Shown here: piece by piece, positions 22,401 through 31,644 of the stretch
How the letters are laid out: each line of letters starts with the position of its first letter
How positions within the stretch are numbered: position 1 is the stretch's first letter
DNA from: Anolis carolinensis
Taxonomy: Eukaryota
Length of the DNA: 64,000 bases
Direction: 5' to 3'
Assembly: GCF_035594765.1 (NCBI RefSeq)
Contig: NC_085844.1
Span: 256,118,812-256,182,811 of the forward strand
Notes under the pieces: generated by a model
What the model saw: the letters and a program-made list of their open reading frames with translations, nothing else
Told to the model about the DNA's origin: nothing
Database searches by the model: none
Translations under genes and position numbers: made by a program

Positions 22401-24113
22401 AACATTATAGCTGGCTATTTGTGATATCACAAATGACACCTTTCCTTCCCAACTCCCTATCTTACACTTTACATCTTCGGCACTGTACTTAGCTAATGAT
22501 CCCGATGCTGTGGATCCGTCCAACTGCGAAAAAGCTATTGGGGATTCTAGGTTCGTTCTTTCGCATCCCAATCCCTCGGCTAATTCAGGGGAGATGATGT
22601 TCCTGGAACATCCACAATCCACAAATGCTTTGCAGGTTGCTTGTTTGCTGCCACTTTCCAGCTGAATGGGGACCACTATCATGGCTTTGTCCTGACTTAC
22701 CAACCCCCCCGAGTGGTGCCTCATCGGTGGTTCTTCCTCGGCGCGTTTCCCTGCCACGGCTCTTGGTTTGGGCGGGCCTCCGCCTTCCCCTTTTCTCTGC
22801 CAGCACTCGGCAGCCCTGTGGCCCAAACGGCCGCACACGAAGCAGCCCCTCCTGCTGGTGCTCACGTTCCCTGTCGGCTCCGTTCTCCTCCCGGCTGGGG
22901 TTGATCCCTCCTTCCGGCTCCCCTCTTTCATCTGCGGCCGCTGCTGTAGCCCTCCTCGGTGCCTCCTCGCCTGGGCCAGCGATGTCTCGATGCGCCCCGC
23001 CAGCTGAATCCATCCGCGCAGTGTGTCAGGCTCATCACGATGCACCGCCCAGGAGAGGATCTCCCGCCTGAGCCCCTCTTTGAAGAGTTCTATCTTTGTC
23101 ACTGCAGACCATTCCGGCACCTTTTCAGCGAGGCATTGGAACTCCTCCGCATACTCAGATACCGACCTCTGCCCCTGGGAGACGGTCTTCAACTCCTCCC
23201 TCGCCCGGATCTGCTCCAGTGGATCTCGGAAACGGGTCTCCAGGGCCCCCATAAAGCGTCGGAGTGACCCCAGACATGGGTCGCGCCGCGCGTGTAGTTG
23301 AACGTACCAGCTGGCCGCTCCCCTCTTCAACACTGCACCAATGGCCCGTACCCGGCTGGATTCCGTTCTAAAAGTGTGGGCATTGTCCTCCATATAGCCC
23401 CTCACCGTGGTCAGGAAAAAATCCAGTTCAGAGGACTCTCCCCCAAACTCGATCCTTAGTTCCTCTCGTCTCGGTAGGGGTCCCTGTGGTGGCAATCCCC
23501 AATTCTCCGCCCGTCGCAAGCCCCCTTGCGGGCCAGTGGGCCCCGCTGCTGCTTCCCTTTGTCCTGTGCCACGCCCGGCATTCGCCAGGGGCACCAGGGT
23601 CTCAGTTGGGAGCGTAGCCGGGATTCTCGGAGGCTTTTCCCCTTCGTCGTCACTCTCCTCCACCCGCGTCAGGCTCGTTTGGATCTTGGGCCGGGCACCG
23701 GGCTCCTTTCGCATTTCCCTTCCCTTCGGTGCTGGGAGGTCTGCAAAGCCCTGGCTGCTTCCCATGCTCACGTCCCACATTGAGCTAGCCCGGAGTTCCC
23801 TTCCTCGCTCCGGCTCCGCCAAAACCGCCAGGCGCTCCATCGCCCTCGACATCACTGCCAGGGTGGTCTCCATCGCCGACATCCTCTCCTCCAGAAACAC
23901 CATCTTTTGCGGGCCTGGGGAAGGTGAACCTTCCTCTCCTCCGGTGCTATCTCCCCGCACCACTCCGCGCCTCTGGGTTACCCCATTCGGCTGGGCATAA
24001 GCGGTGGATGACGCCAGGGCCGCCAGCTGGTGGAACTCAGCGTCCGTCTCGGGAGTGGCCCTTTCCGACCTTCCTCCTCCGGCGCCCAAGAGCTCTTCAT
24101 CCTCCACTTGCAT
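19497..24113 (-). CDS. Gag-Pol polyprotein (capsid, CCHC knuckle, protease, RT, RNase H, integrase with GPF motif)
   Basis: CFVCGRLGHRAAEC; AFVDCGCS; RLCIDYR, FLDD; CDAS...TDH; HHCC and DDE integrase; YIGPF. The first ATG outside the LTR is at 24113 (MQVEDEE); the ORF track extends to 24260 inside the LTR. Confidence 0.93.
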   Translation of the reverse strand: MQVEDEELLGAGGGRSERATPETDAEFHQLAALASSTAYAQPNGVTQRRGVVRGDSTGGEEGSPSPGPQKMVFLEERMSAMETTLAVMSRAMERLAVLAEPERGRELRASSMWDVSMGSSQGFADLPAPKGREMRKEPGARPKIQTSLTRVEESDDEGEKPPRIPATLPTETLVPLANAGRGTGQREAAAGPTGPQGGLRRAENWGLPPQGPLPRREELRIEFGGESSELDFFLTTVRGYMEDNAHTFRTESSRVRAIGAVLKRGAASWYVQLHARRDPCLGSLRRFMGALETRFRDPLEQIRAREELKTVSQGQRSVSEYAEEFQCLAEKVPEWSAVTKIELFKEGLRREILSWAVHRDEPDTLRGWIQLAGRIETSLAQARRHRGGLQQRPQMKEGSRKEGSTPAGRRTEPTGNVSTSRRGCFVCGRLGHRAAECWQRKGEGGGPPKPRAVAGKRAEEEPPMRHHSGGLVSQDKAMIVVPIQLESGSKQATCKAFVDCGCSRNIISPELAEGLGCERTNLESPIAFSQLDGSTASGSLAKYSAEDVKCKIGSWEGKVSFVISQIASYNVILGMPWLGQANPQINWEDKSMIFRMKLEGGSQEVEREPGKRGEEDSIRIAELADKLPPEYRDFVDVFDEKEADSFPPKRRVEVKIELVPGAELPKAKIYPMSAREKEELRKYIDKNLARGFIEPSNSPLGAPVLFRRKKDQTLRLCIDYRGLNAISSGNKYPLPLVKDLIAQLSEGQIFTKLDLIEAYHKLQIKPEDRWKTAFSCAFGLFNYRVLPFGLCGGGAAFMQLINEVLHPLLYKGVFVFLDDILLVSRTKEQHIELVREVLQKLREAKLYAKLAKCEFNKDQIDFLGYRISSQGVAMDPAKVEDVRGWEAPKTRKQLQSFLGFANFYRTFIKDFARLTLPLTDLLKTKGRGETAKVKAPGAKLAWTMECQEAFEALKKRFTEEPVLQHPDMSKAFVLHCDASDRAYGAVLLQKDEGGNLKPCGYLSKKFSDTEKNWPIWEREALAILKALECWRHFLEGSGTPFEVWTDHRNLQYLRSPRKLSAKQIRWAQYFSRFDFRLRFFQGKHNILADALSRMPQHGGGIQESEGSIFLDKQWGLAVLTRAQAAKENKRTAISTGGGEIWEEELKRAYGMDKWLQTNKEKGELCGDLVFVNKKLYIPECLRREMLRKYHDNKGAGHLGPTRTIKLLAKQCWWPGMRKDARGYVTQCELCAEGKTPPGKPQGLLQKVVEPMRPWECVAMDFVGELPPSRGHRYIWTILDLFSKQAHFVALPKLPSAEKLADLYVKHVYRLHGCPDKIISDRGVQFTAKFWGKFLQLLGAERNLSSAFHPATNGGVERTQQTLCQFLRMYTNYRQDDWADLLPFAEMAFNGAVHSATGRAPFEIVYGQEVAPFPRLPEWKEGEGQTDEEWPAKIKQGWQTVVEALRETQKKYKLFADRRRREGDKLGEGDLVWLSTKNLKLGFPSKKLAPRYIGPFRVAKRINEVTYELRLPKDLGKVHPVFHCSLLKKYKGTLDSGEQ

Positions 24114-24148
24114 GTTACACCTCACCGCTACAGCGGGATGGTGTCCGT

Positions 24149-24294
24149 ATTCTTGGCTTAGTGTCAGCTCACCACAGCCGCTCCTGAATGAACACACGAG
24201 ACTCTCTGTGGTATCACCAGGAACTTTTACTGTAGGAAACATGAACATCAGAAAAGCCAAGAATGGGAGGCTCCGGCCAACCCTCCTTTATATA
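24149..24294 (-). promoter_or_regulatory. LTR TATA box, predicted transcript start and self-priming PBS
   Basis: TATATAAA at 24294-24287. 30 nt downstream is ATTCTTGGCTT (24264-24254), exactly complementary to AAGCCAAGAAT at the PBS position (24159-24149). Confidence 0.8.
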
Positions 24295-25713
24295 CCCTCC
24301 CCCTCATTTGAACAGTCTCTTCCCGCTCAGTAAAACCCCGCGCAAATTCCCCGCCAAGTCCATCAGCCGTTTCTCCTCCGAGTCCTGGGACGCAGGTGTC
24401 TTATCAATGTCAGTGACCCTGAAACTCAGAGCCACATCCAGGCTCTAGTAGCAGGGTTCTGACAGTACATGCCTCACGCAAAGGGGTGCGAATATACAAC
24501 ACTGTAAAGTCTACAACCATTAGAAATGAATCAATAGGGATCGTCAGGGTCTCAATTATGTTAATAAATTTTTTGGTGTCTCTGATATAAGAAGAAGTCA
24601 ATTTTACAAAGGGTTGTGGATAGAAATCCAGCAATTTAGATAATGCTTCCAAAACAGAACCCAAACCTGATATAATAGGATGACCAGGAACTAGTGTAAT
24701 GATCTTATGTATCTTGGGTAAGGTATACAGTACAGGAATTCTGGGATGTGAAGTATTTAGAAAATTGTATTCATCTTCTGATATATCCCCTAGACTTAGT
24801 CCCTCCATTATGACAGTTTTTATAATAGACTGAATGTGAGTAGTTGGATCCTGTTTAATATTACAGTAACTGACAACTGTCTATAAATCTCATTCATGTA
24901 ATTGGTTCCATTCATTAATACCATAGCCCCCCCCCCCACCCCTTTGTCTGCTGGCTTCCAAATAAGGTCCTTATCATTGGCTAAATTCTGAAGAGTTCTC
25001 TAATCACTATTTGAAACGTTCAATCCCCACACCTTTCTATTATGAGAAGATGTATGACATAAGTAAAAGACCCAGTCTTTTAAACTTGAACACGCCTATC
25101 TGTGTTTTATAATGCGTTTTATGAATGTCTGATGTAAGTTAATATTTTTTTAAACTGATTTATAGTGTATTGCACAATTTTTATATATGTGTTTTATTGT
25201 AAGCCGCCCTGAGTCCCCTGTTGGGTGAGAAGGGCGGGATATAAATATTGCAATAAATAAATAAATAATTCATCAGTTACTGCTTTTTTCCCCCCTCTGG
25301 CTGTACGTGAACTATAACTCCCAGAATCAAGGTCCATTCCCACTAACCCCTGCAGCATGTTCAGTTGGTCACGGGGCTTCTCTGTGCCAAATTTGGTCCC
25401 AGTCCATTGTCAGTGGGGGAGGGGGGGTCACAGTATCAGTGAAGGTACTGCAAGTCCCATTATTCGTGGCAAGTTTTGTTCAGATTCATCATTAGTTGTG
25501 TTAACAGTACTCTCTGGATGTAGGTCAAGTACAACTCTAATAATTCATTGTGAATTCTCCCCAAACCTCTTGTTCAGTTGCTGATCAATTCCTCTGTTAA
25601 CTATATGCCATAGGAAAGGGAAGGAAAGGGTTAAGGAAGAGGCAGTGGGCGGGGTCATGCAAATGAAGGAACCCTGGGGTGTCCATTCTGGAGGAAAAAC
25701 AGAACATCTAGGA

Positions 25714-26411
25714 CAGGGGTCCCCAAACTAAGGCCCGGGGGCCGGATGCGGCCCTCCAAGGTCATTTACCTGGCCCCTGCCCTCAGTTTTATAATATAAT
25801 ATTTTATACCAGTTTTAATAATATAATATATTATATATACATATAATATTGATAAAATATTATAATGTTATACAATATAATACTAATAATACCATATAAT
25901 AATATTAATTATATGTTATATATTACATATAATATTACAGTATAGTGGTATATTTCAATATTGTAATATATAATGCTAATATTGTGCTATGCTAATATAA
26001 TATATTGTATGTACATACAGCTACTCTGAGTCCCCTTCGGGGTGAGAAAGGTGGGATATAAACGTAGTAAATAAATGTAGTAATTAATTAATTAATTTTA
26101 GACTTAGGCTCGCCCAAAGTCTGAAATGACTTGAAGGCACACAACAACAATCCTAATTCACTTGACTATCTCATTAGCCACAATCAGGCCCACATTTTCC
26201 ATTGAAATCTTGATAGGTTTATGTTGGTTAAAGTTGTTTTCATTTTTAAATATTATATTGTTTGTTCATTGTTGTTGTTTCGCAGTGCAAATAAGACATA
26301 CGCAGTGTGCATAGGAATTTGTTCGTATTTTTTTCCAAATGATAATTTGGCCCCTCAACAGTCTGAAGGATTGTGGACCGGCCCTCTGCTTTAAAAGTTT
26401 GAGGACCCCTG
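25714..26411. mobile_element. hAT MITE (same family as 4920)
   Basis: Same TIRs; 8-bp TSD ATCTAGGA. Confidence 0.92.
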
Positions 26412-27038
26412 ATCTAGGATGAAATTGTCCCCACAGGAAAGCCTTCACCTGGGTGGGGGGCAGAATGGTGTTTGTGAAGGACATGGGCAGGGTCTGGGCA
26501 TCATGTTCATGGTGCTCACTATAACCTGCATGTCAGTTGTGTCTCCTGCTCAGAGGGCCTTTGACAACGCATGGAACTATAGTTGTGTGGTAGCATTCAG
26601 AAAGAGCTTGAAAACCTGGCTCTTTGGTCAGGCCTTTGGATAAAGATTGCTCATCCCCATAACAATCTTGTATCTGTGACCATTCTTGTACCGGTTTGCA
26701 CTTTTTACCTTTGTCAACTTGATATAGACACAGGGTCTACTACTTCCATCCCAATTTGCACTTCCAAGAATTTGCAGCACTTTATCAGTCACCTCGTGTT
26801 TACAATATTTATATGCTGCACCTTACCCAGTCTACTTTTACAACCTCTCCGTTTTAATCCATGTTTTTATTAGTTCTTGTCATTTGTTTGTATTGGCTAA
26901 TGTTTAAATTTTTATAATTGTGCATGTCTCTTGTCTATTGTTGTGTTTTATATTGGTATTGTTTTTATTCGGGCTTGGCCCCATGTCGGCCGCCCTGAGT
27001 CCCCTTTGGGGAGATAGAGGCGGGGTATAAAAATAAAG

Positions 27039-27091
<53 letters not shown>

Positions 27092-27159
27092 TATGGAGGT
27101 GGGAGGCTGTCTATGTAAGTGGACAGCTCCTCCACTTACACATAAACACATTTTTCACT

Positions 27160-27430
27160 GGGTTGTTGTATGTCTTTCGGGCTGTGTGGCCATGTTCCAG
27201 AAGCAGCACTCCCTCCTGACGTTTCGCCCACATCTATGGCAGGCATCCTCAGGCCCTTTCCTTTTCACCCCCAGCCGCTTAAGCGGCTGGGGTTGAAAAG
27301 GAAGGGGCCTGAGGATGCCTGCCATAGATGTGGGCGAAACGTCAGGAGAGAATGCTTCTGGAACATGGCCACACAGCCCGAAAGACATACAACAACCCTG
27401 TGATCCCGGCCATGAAAGCCTTCGACAACA
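27160..27430. mobile_element. Palindromic Penelope-derived element with hammerhead cores
   Basis: Near-perfect palindrome 27160-27398 centred on CCGCTT|AAGCGG (27280/27281). Flanking duplication AACACATTTTTCACT at 27145-27159 and 27427-27441. Confidence 0.78.
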
Positions 27431-27481
27431 CATTTTTCACTTTTATTATGAGTATATAGATAGCTAGATCTATATCTATAC

Positions 27482-27718
27482 CGGTCCCAGGTTCAAATCC
27501 CGGGAGCGGGATGAGCGCCCACTGTTAGTCCCAGCTCCTGCCAACCTAGCAGTTCGAAAACATGGAAATGTGAGTAGATCAATAGGTACTGCTCCATGCA
27601 GTCATGCCAGCCACCTGACCTTGGAGATGTCTATGGACAACGCCGGCTCTTTGGCTTAGAAATTGAGATAAGCCCCAACCCCCAGAGTCAGAAACAACTG
27701 GACTTAAGGTCAGGGGAG
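27482..27718 (+). mobile_element. Sauria SINE, 5' truncated
   Basis: Colinear with 12058-12320. Confidence 0.85.
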
Positions 27719-27986
27719 ATATAGATAGATGAGTAGATAAATAGATAGATAGAAGATATAGATTGTTGGGTCTTGCCCCCATGTAAGCCGCCCCGAGTCC
27801 CCTTGGGGAGATAGGATACAGAAATAAAGTTGTTGTTATTATTTGTTGAACTTCAGTTGGCTTTTGTAAATAACTGCGGACATTTATTTAGATTTTATGT
27901 CACTATATAATTCTTGTCTGCCTGACTGTATTGGTTTCAGTTCGTGATGTCCGGCTCAATTCACTGAGGTGAGGTTTTTAACGCTT

Positions 27987-28690
27987 CCCAAGCCCCGCCC
28001 CTCCCCTCTGAAAGAGCCCAAGGGGGGCCGCGGTGACGTCACTCCCCCTCCCTCCCTCCCTCCCTCCCTCCGCCTCTCTAGGGCGCTCTCTTCCCTCCCT
28101 CCCTCCGCCCCTCCTGCCCCGCCCCCTCCCTGCCGTCCTCCAATCCCAGCCGGAGGGAAGGAGGCAGGCAGCCAATGGGAGGCTCCGGTGGGAGGGGCCA
28201 CTTCCCGGGCGCAGCCAATGGGAGGGCGCCGCCTGGCCGAAGACGGGAGGCGGTGAGGCGGGCCTCCTTTCGGGCGGGGCCTCGCCCTCCTCCGCCATTT
28301 TGGAGACCAACGAGGACGGACGAGAGGAGCGGAGAGGAGGAGGAGGAGGAGGAGGAGGAGCGGCGCCTGAGGCCGAGAAGGCGAGAGAGAGAGAGAGAGT
28401 GAGTGCGAGCGAGGGGGCGGGGCTTGTTGGGAGGGAGGGGGAGGGGCCTGCCCCCCCTCCTCGGGGCCCCTCCCCCCTCCGGCGCCCGCGAGGCCTCCTG
28501 AGGGCCAGAAGGAAGGCTGCGGGGAATGCTGGGAGTTGTAGTCCAAGGCCTCCCTGTAGCTCATGGGCAGAGCGGACCCGAGAGGAAGCCGGGCCAGGCT
28601 CGGGGGAAGCGGGCACGGAAGCCGGGAGGGGAGTTTTCTCTCTCTCGCTCGCTCGCTCTCGGGGAACGGCACGCGCCCATGATTCATTGG
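27987..28690 (+). promoter_or_regulatory. CpG-island promoter / first exon of ZNF gene 2
   Basis: CRE TGACGTCA (28034-28041), three CCAAT boxes, GC boxes, YY1-type CCGCCATTTT, donor-like GTGAGT at 28399, ZNF143-type TGCTGGGAGTTGTAGTCC (about 28527-28544). Confidence 0.75.
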
Positions 28691-28764
28691 ACGCTTATTC
28701 TACTTGCTACAAATGTACCCCTTGGCATTGTATGAATTATTGTTTCATTTATTCGTTTACAGTA

Positions 28765-29540
28765 CAGTAGATTCTCACTTATCCAAGCCTCTGGATTCTC
28801 CAAGCCATTTTTGTAGTCAATGTTTACAATACATCGTGATATTTTGGTGCTAAATTCGTAAATGCAGTAATTACAACATAACATTACTGCGTATTGAACT
28901 ACCGTTTCTGTCAAATTTGTTGTATAACATGATGTTTTGGTGCTTAATTTGTAAAATCATAACCTAATTTGATGTTTAATAGGCTTTTCCTTAATCCCTC
29001 CTTATTATCCAAGATACTCACTTATTTATTTATTATTTACAGTATTTATATCCCGCCCTTCTTTCTCACCCCGCAGGGGACTCAGGGCGGATTACAATGA
29101 ACACATATATGGCAAACATTCAATGCCAACAGACAAACAACATTCAGTTTAGACAGACACAGAGGCATTTTAATATCTTTCCAGCTTCATGATTCCGGCC
29201 ACAGGGGGAGCTGTTGCTTCACCGTCCACTGGTGGCTGTTCTTCCTCATTCTTTTCCTCATGTTTTCCTGGCAGTTTTATGGTGTTGTAAATTAGTTAAA
29301 TTAGCCTTCCGCATAAAGCGTACCTAAATTTTCCCTACTTGACAGATGCAACTGTCTTTCGGGGCTGCATAGGTCAACAGCAAGCCGGGGCTATTTTTTT
29401 TTTAACGGTCGGAGGCTTAACCCAACCCGGGCTTCAAACTCATGACCTCTCAGTCAGTAGTGATTTATAGCAGGTGGTTACTAGTCAGCTGCGCCACAGC
29501 CCGGCCCCAAGGTTTAGCTTGGATAAGTGAGGCTCTACTG
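28765..29540. mobile_element. Tc1/mariner MITE with a nested minus-strand tRNA-SINE (about 29024-29506)
   Basis: TA-flanked CAGTAGA.../...TCTACTG ends. The right TIR (cttat|ccaag) is split by a SINE related to 15046. Confidence 0.8.
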
Positions 29541-30008
29541 TATTTATATTCCGCCCTTCCTTCTCACCCCGAAGGGGACTCAGGGCGGATCACAATGCAC
29601 ATCCACATGGCAAACATTCAACGCCATTATTAGACATATAACAGACAGACAGACAACAGAGGCAGTTTAACCTTGTTCCAGCTTCTGGCTTCATAAGGGT
29701 GTCCTCGATTCCAGCCACAGGGGCAGCTGCCGTTTCCTCGTCCACTGGGACACCGAGTCTTTTGGGTGGTAGTACTTCCTCACTGCTCTTCACCTATGGT
29801 GACGTAAATTAAGTTAACTTAGCCTCCCCGCATTGAGCGGTACCTAAATTTTATACTCACAGATGCAACTGTTTTTGAACTGCTTAGGTGGGCAGCAAGT
29901 TAGGCTAGTAACAATCGGAAGCTTTATCTTGACCTTTGAACCAGTGACCTCTCGGACCATAGTGATTTATTGCAGCTGGCTACTAACCAGCTGCGCCACA
30001 GCCCAGCC
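29541..30008 (-). mobile_element. tRNA-derived SINE with L2-type tail
   Basis: Diverged copy of 29024-29506. Confidence 0.7.
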
Positions 30009-31256
30009 CTAAATCCCCAAAGCCTGGAACTTCTAGTATCACAGGAACTGCATAATGGGCTGCAGTGCCAGCAGTTTGAAGCCTGTTCTGATTAAACAAT
30101 AAGGCATCTACGACCTCACTGTAGAAGGAGAAGAATGATGTCGATGGTGAAAGGCAGCGTGACCAGATGGTGCATGGTAATACTGCTGCCAGAGGAGGAA
30201 GTGATCCAATACTCCTTCCCCTACAGATTGACTCCACAGTGCTGGTTATGTCTGGTTTTAATGGGATTTAATTTTAATGTCTGCATTATATGTTTTTAAG
30301 GCACTGAATAATTGCCTCTATGTAAGCCGCCTTACACAATCTACACACACATATATTCCATATAATAATAAATTGTGTTCCTGTCATCTGCAGTGACAAT
30401 ACATTATATATTTATTTATTTACGACATTTGTATCCCACCCTCTCTCACCCCAAAGGACTCCGAGCGGCGTACAAGTTATATATACGTACAATATATTAT
30501 ATTATTAGCATAGCACAATATCAATATTAGATATTAGTATATTGTACTGTGCCACTTTACTGCAATATTATTAGTAATTTTACATGTAACATATACAGTT
30601 ATATTGTATGATTATTAGTATTATATTGTATTGCATTATAATTTTATTATCAATATTATGTGTATATACAATATTTTATATTAGCATAGCACAATATTAG
30701 TATTTTATATTACTACATTGTTGCTAGGGGGAAGTGCTCCCATCTGATGACATGGGAGACATGGTGGAACTGTGTCTCCTGGTTCCTCCTCTTCACTCTG
30801 GCCCCAGAGAGGCAGTTGTTACATGTACACACACACACACACATACATGTTTTCCTATCATCTTTGTTGACATTACACTATATCTATCTATTTATTTGTT
30901 TACTGCATTACTGCCCTGCTCTATCTTCACCCTGAAGTCGACTCAGAGCAGTTGCACACACATATATTCCATACTAGCTTGGGTACCCAGCGTTGCCCGT
31001 GTTATTTGAAAAAGTTAATTTTTTAATTGTCTGAAATGTAATTGCATTTAGTTGTAGATGAACTACAACTCTCATCATGCCAGGTTAACATTGAGAAACT
31101 CCCATCAGTACTTAAACTTTGTTATGTTAGGCAAGTTTGCTCTAGATGCACCATGGGTGGGGTTCAGTTTGCTCTCTGGCTATTTACGATATTTCTATTC
31201 CACCCCTCTCTGTCCCAAAGGGGACTCAAGGCGGCTGACATATAGGCAGTTATTTG

Positions 31257-31644
31257 TGTTAATGTGGGATTTGTGTATTGGTAGTGTTTAAATGAAATTT
31301 ATGTCTTTCCTGTATTGCATACTGATTGCATCATCCAGAGTGTAACATAGTCTGGAAAGAGTTAATTACTGAGAAGCTGTGATGTCCTTGATGTGTGGCT
31401 GGAACCAGGGAATGTCCAGACACAAGTGTGTGTGCATTGCTGATTGCATCAGTTCTGTTCTGTTCTGAGTTGGGTCGAGTGCTGTCTGCTGAGAGTCAAG
31501 TCCTGTGTCCATTGTCTGCAAGTCTGTCTTTATTACTGCTTTCAGTAAAACATGTATATAGTTTTACCATTGTCTCTGATGTCTCTTTGTTCTGCGTTCC
31601 ACTGATTCCATCCAACTGCTGCTGCGCTGCAAATTACTCTGACA
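31257..31644 (+). mobile_element. Probable solo LTR
   Basis: TG...CA ends, AGTAAA about 100 nt from the end, near-TSD ATTTG/ATTTT; interrupts an L2 tail. Confidence 0.55.

Larger units (their letters stand above)
19148..24464 (-). mobile_element. Full-length, apparently intact Ty3/gypsy LTR retrotransposon (Tf1/sushi-like)
   Basis: 303-bp LTRs at 19148-19450 and 24162-24464 (TG...CA) that look identical by eye. Purine tract next to the 3' LTR. Single uninterrupted gag-pol frame. Confidence 0.97.
18141..25050 (-). mobile_element. Degenerate Penelope-like retroelement (RT + GIY-YIG region), split by the gypsy insertion
   Basis: Fragments IPVLYTLPKIHK, SYIRDTKKF, QGVALGSPMA, CRFIDDIF, YKRTKNIKNILV and CATCSTKGVIY on both sides of 19148-24464. 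Further remnant probably extends left to about 15.5 kb. Confidence 0.8.

Noticed and set aside
24114-24260. N-terminal extension of Gag-Pol in the ORF track
   Set aside because: It lies in the LTR R/U5 and PBS leader; the ATG at 24113 is the more plausible start.
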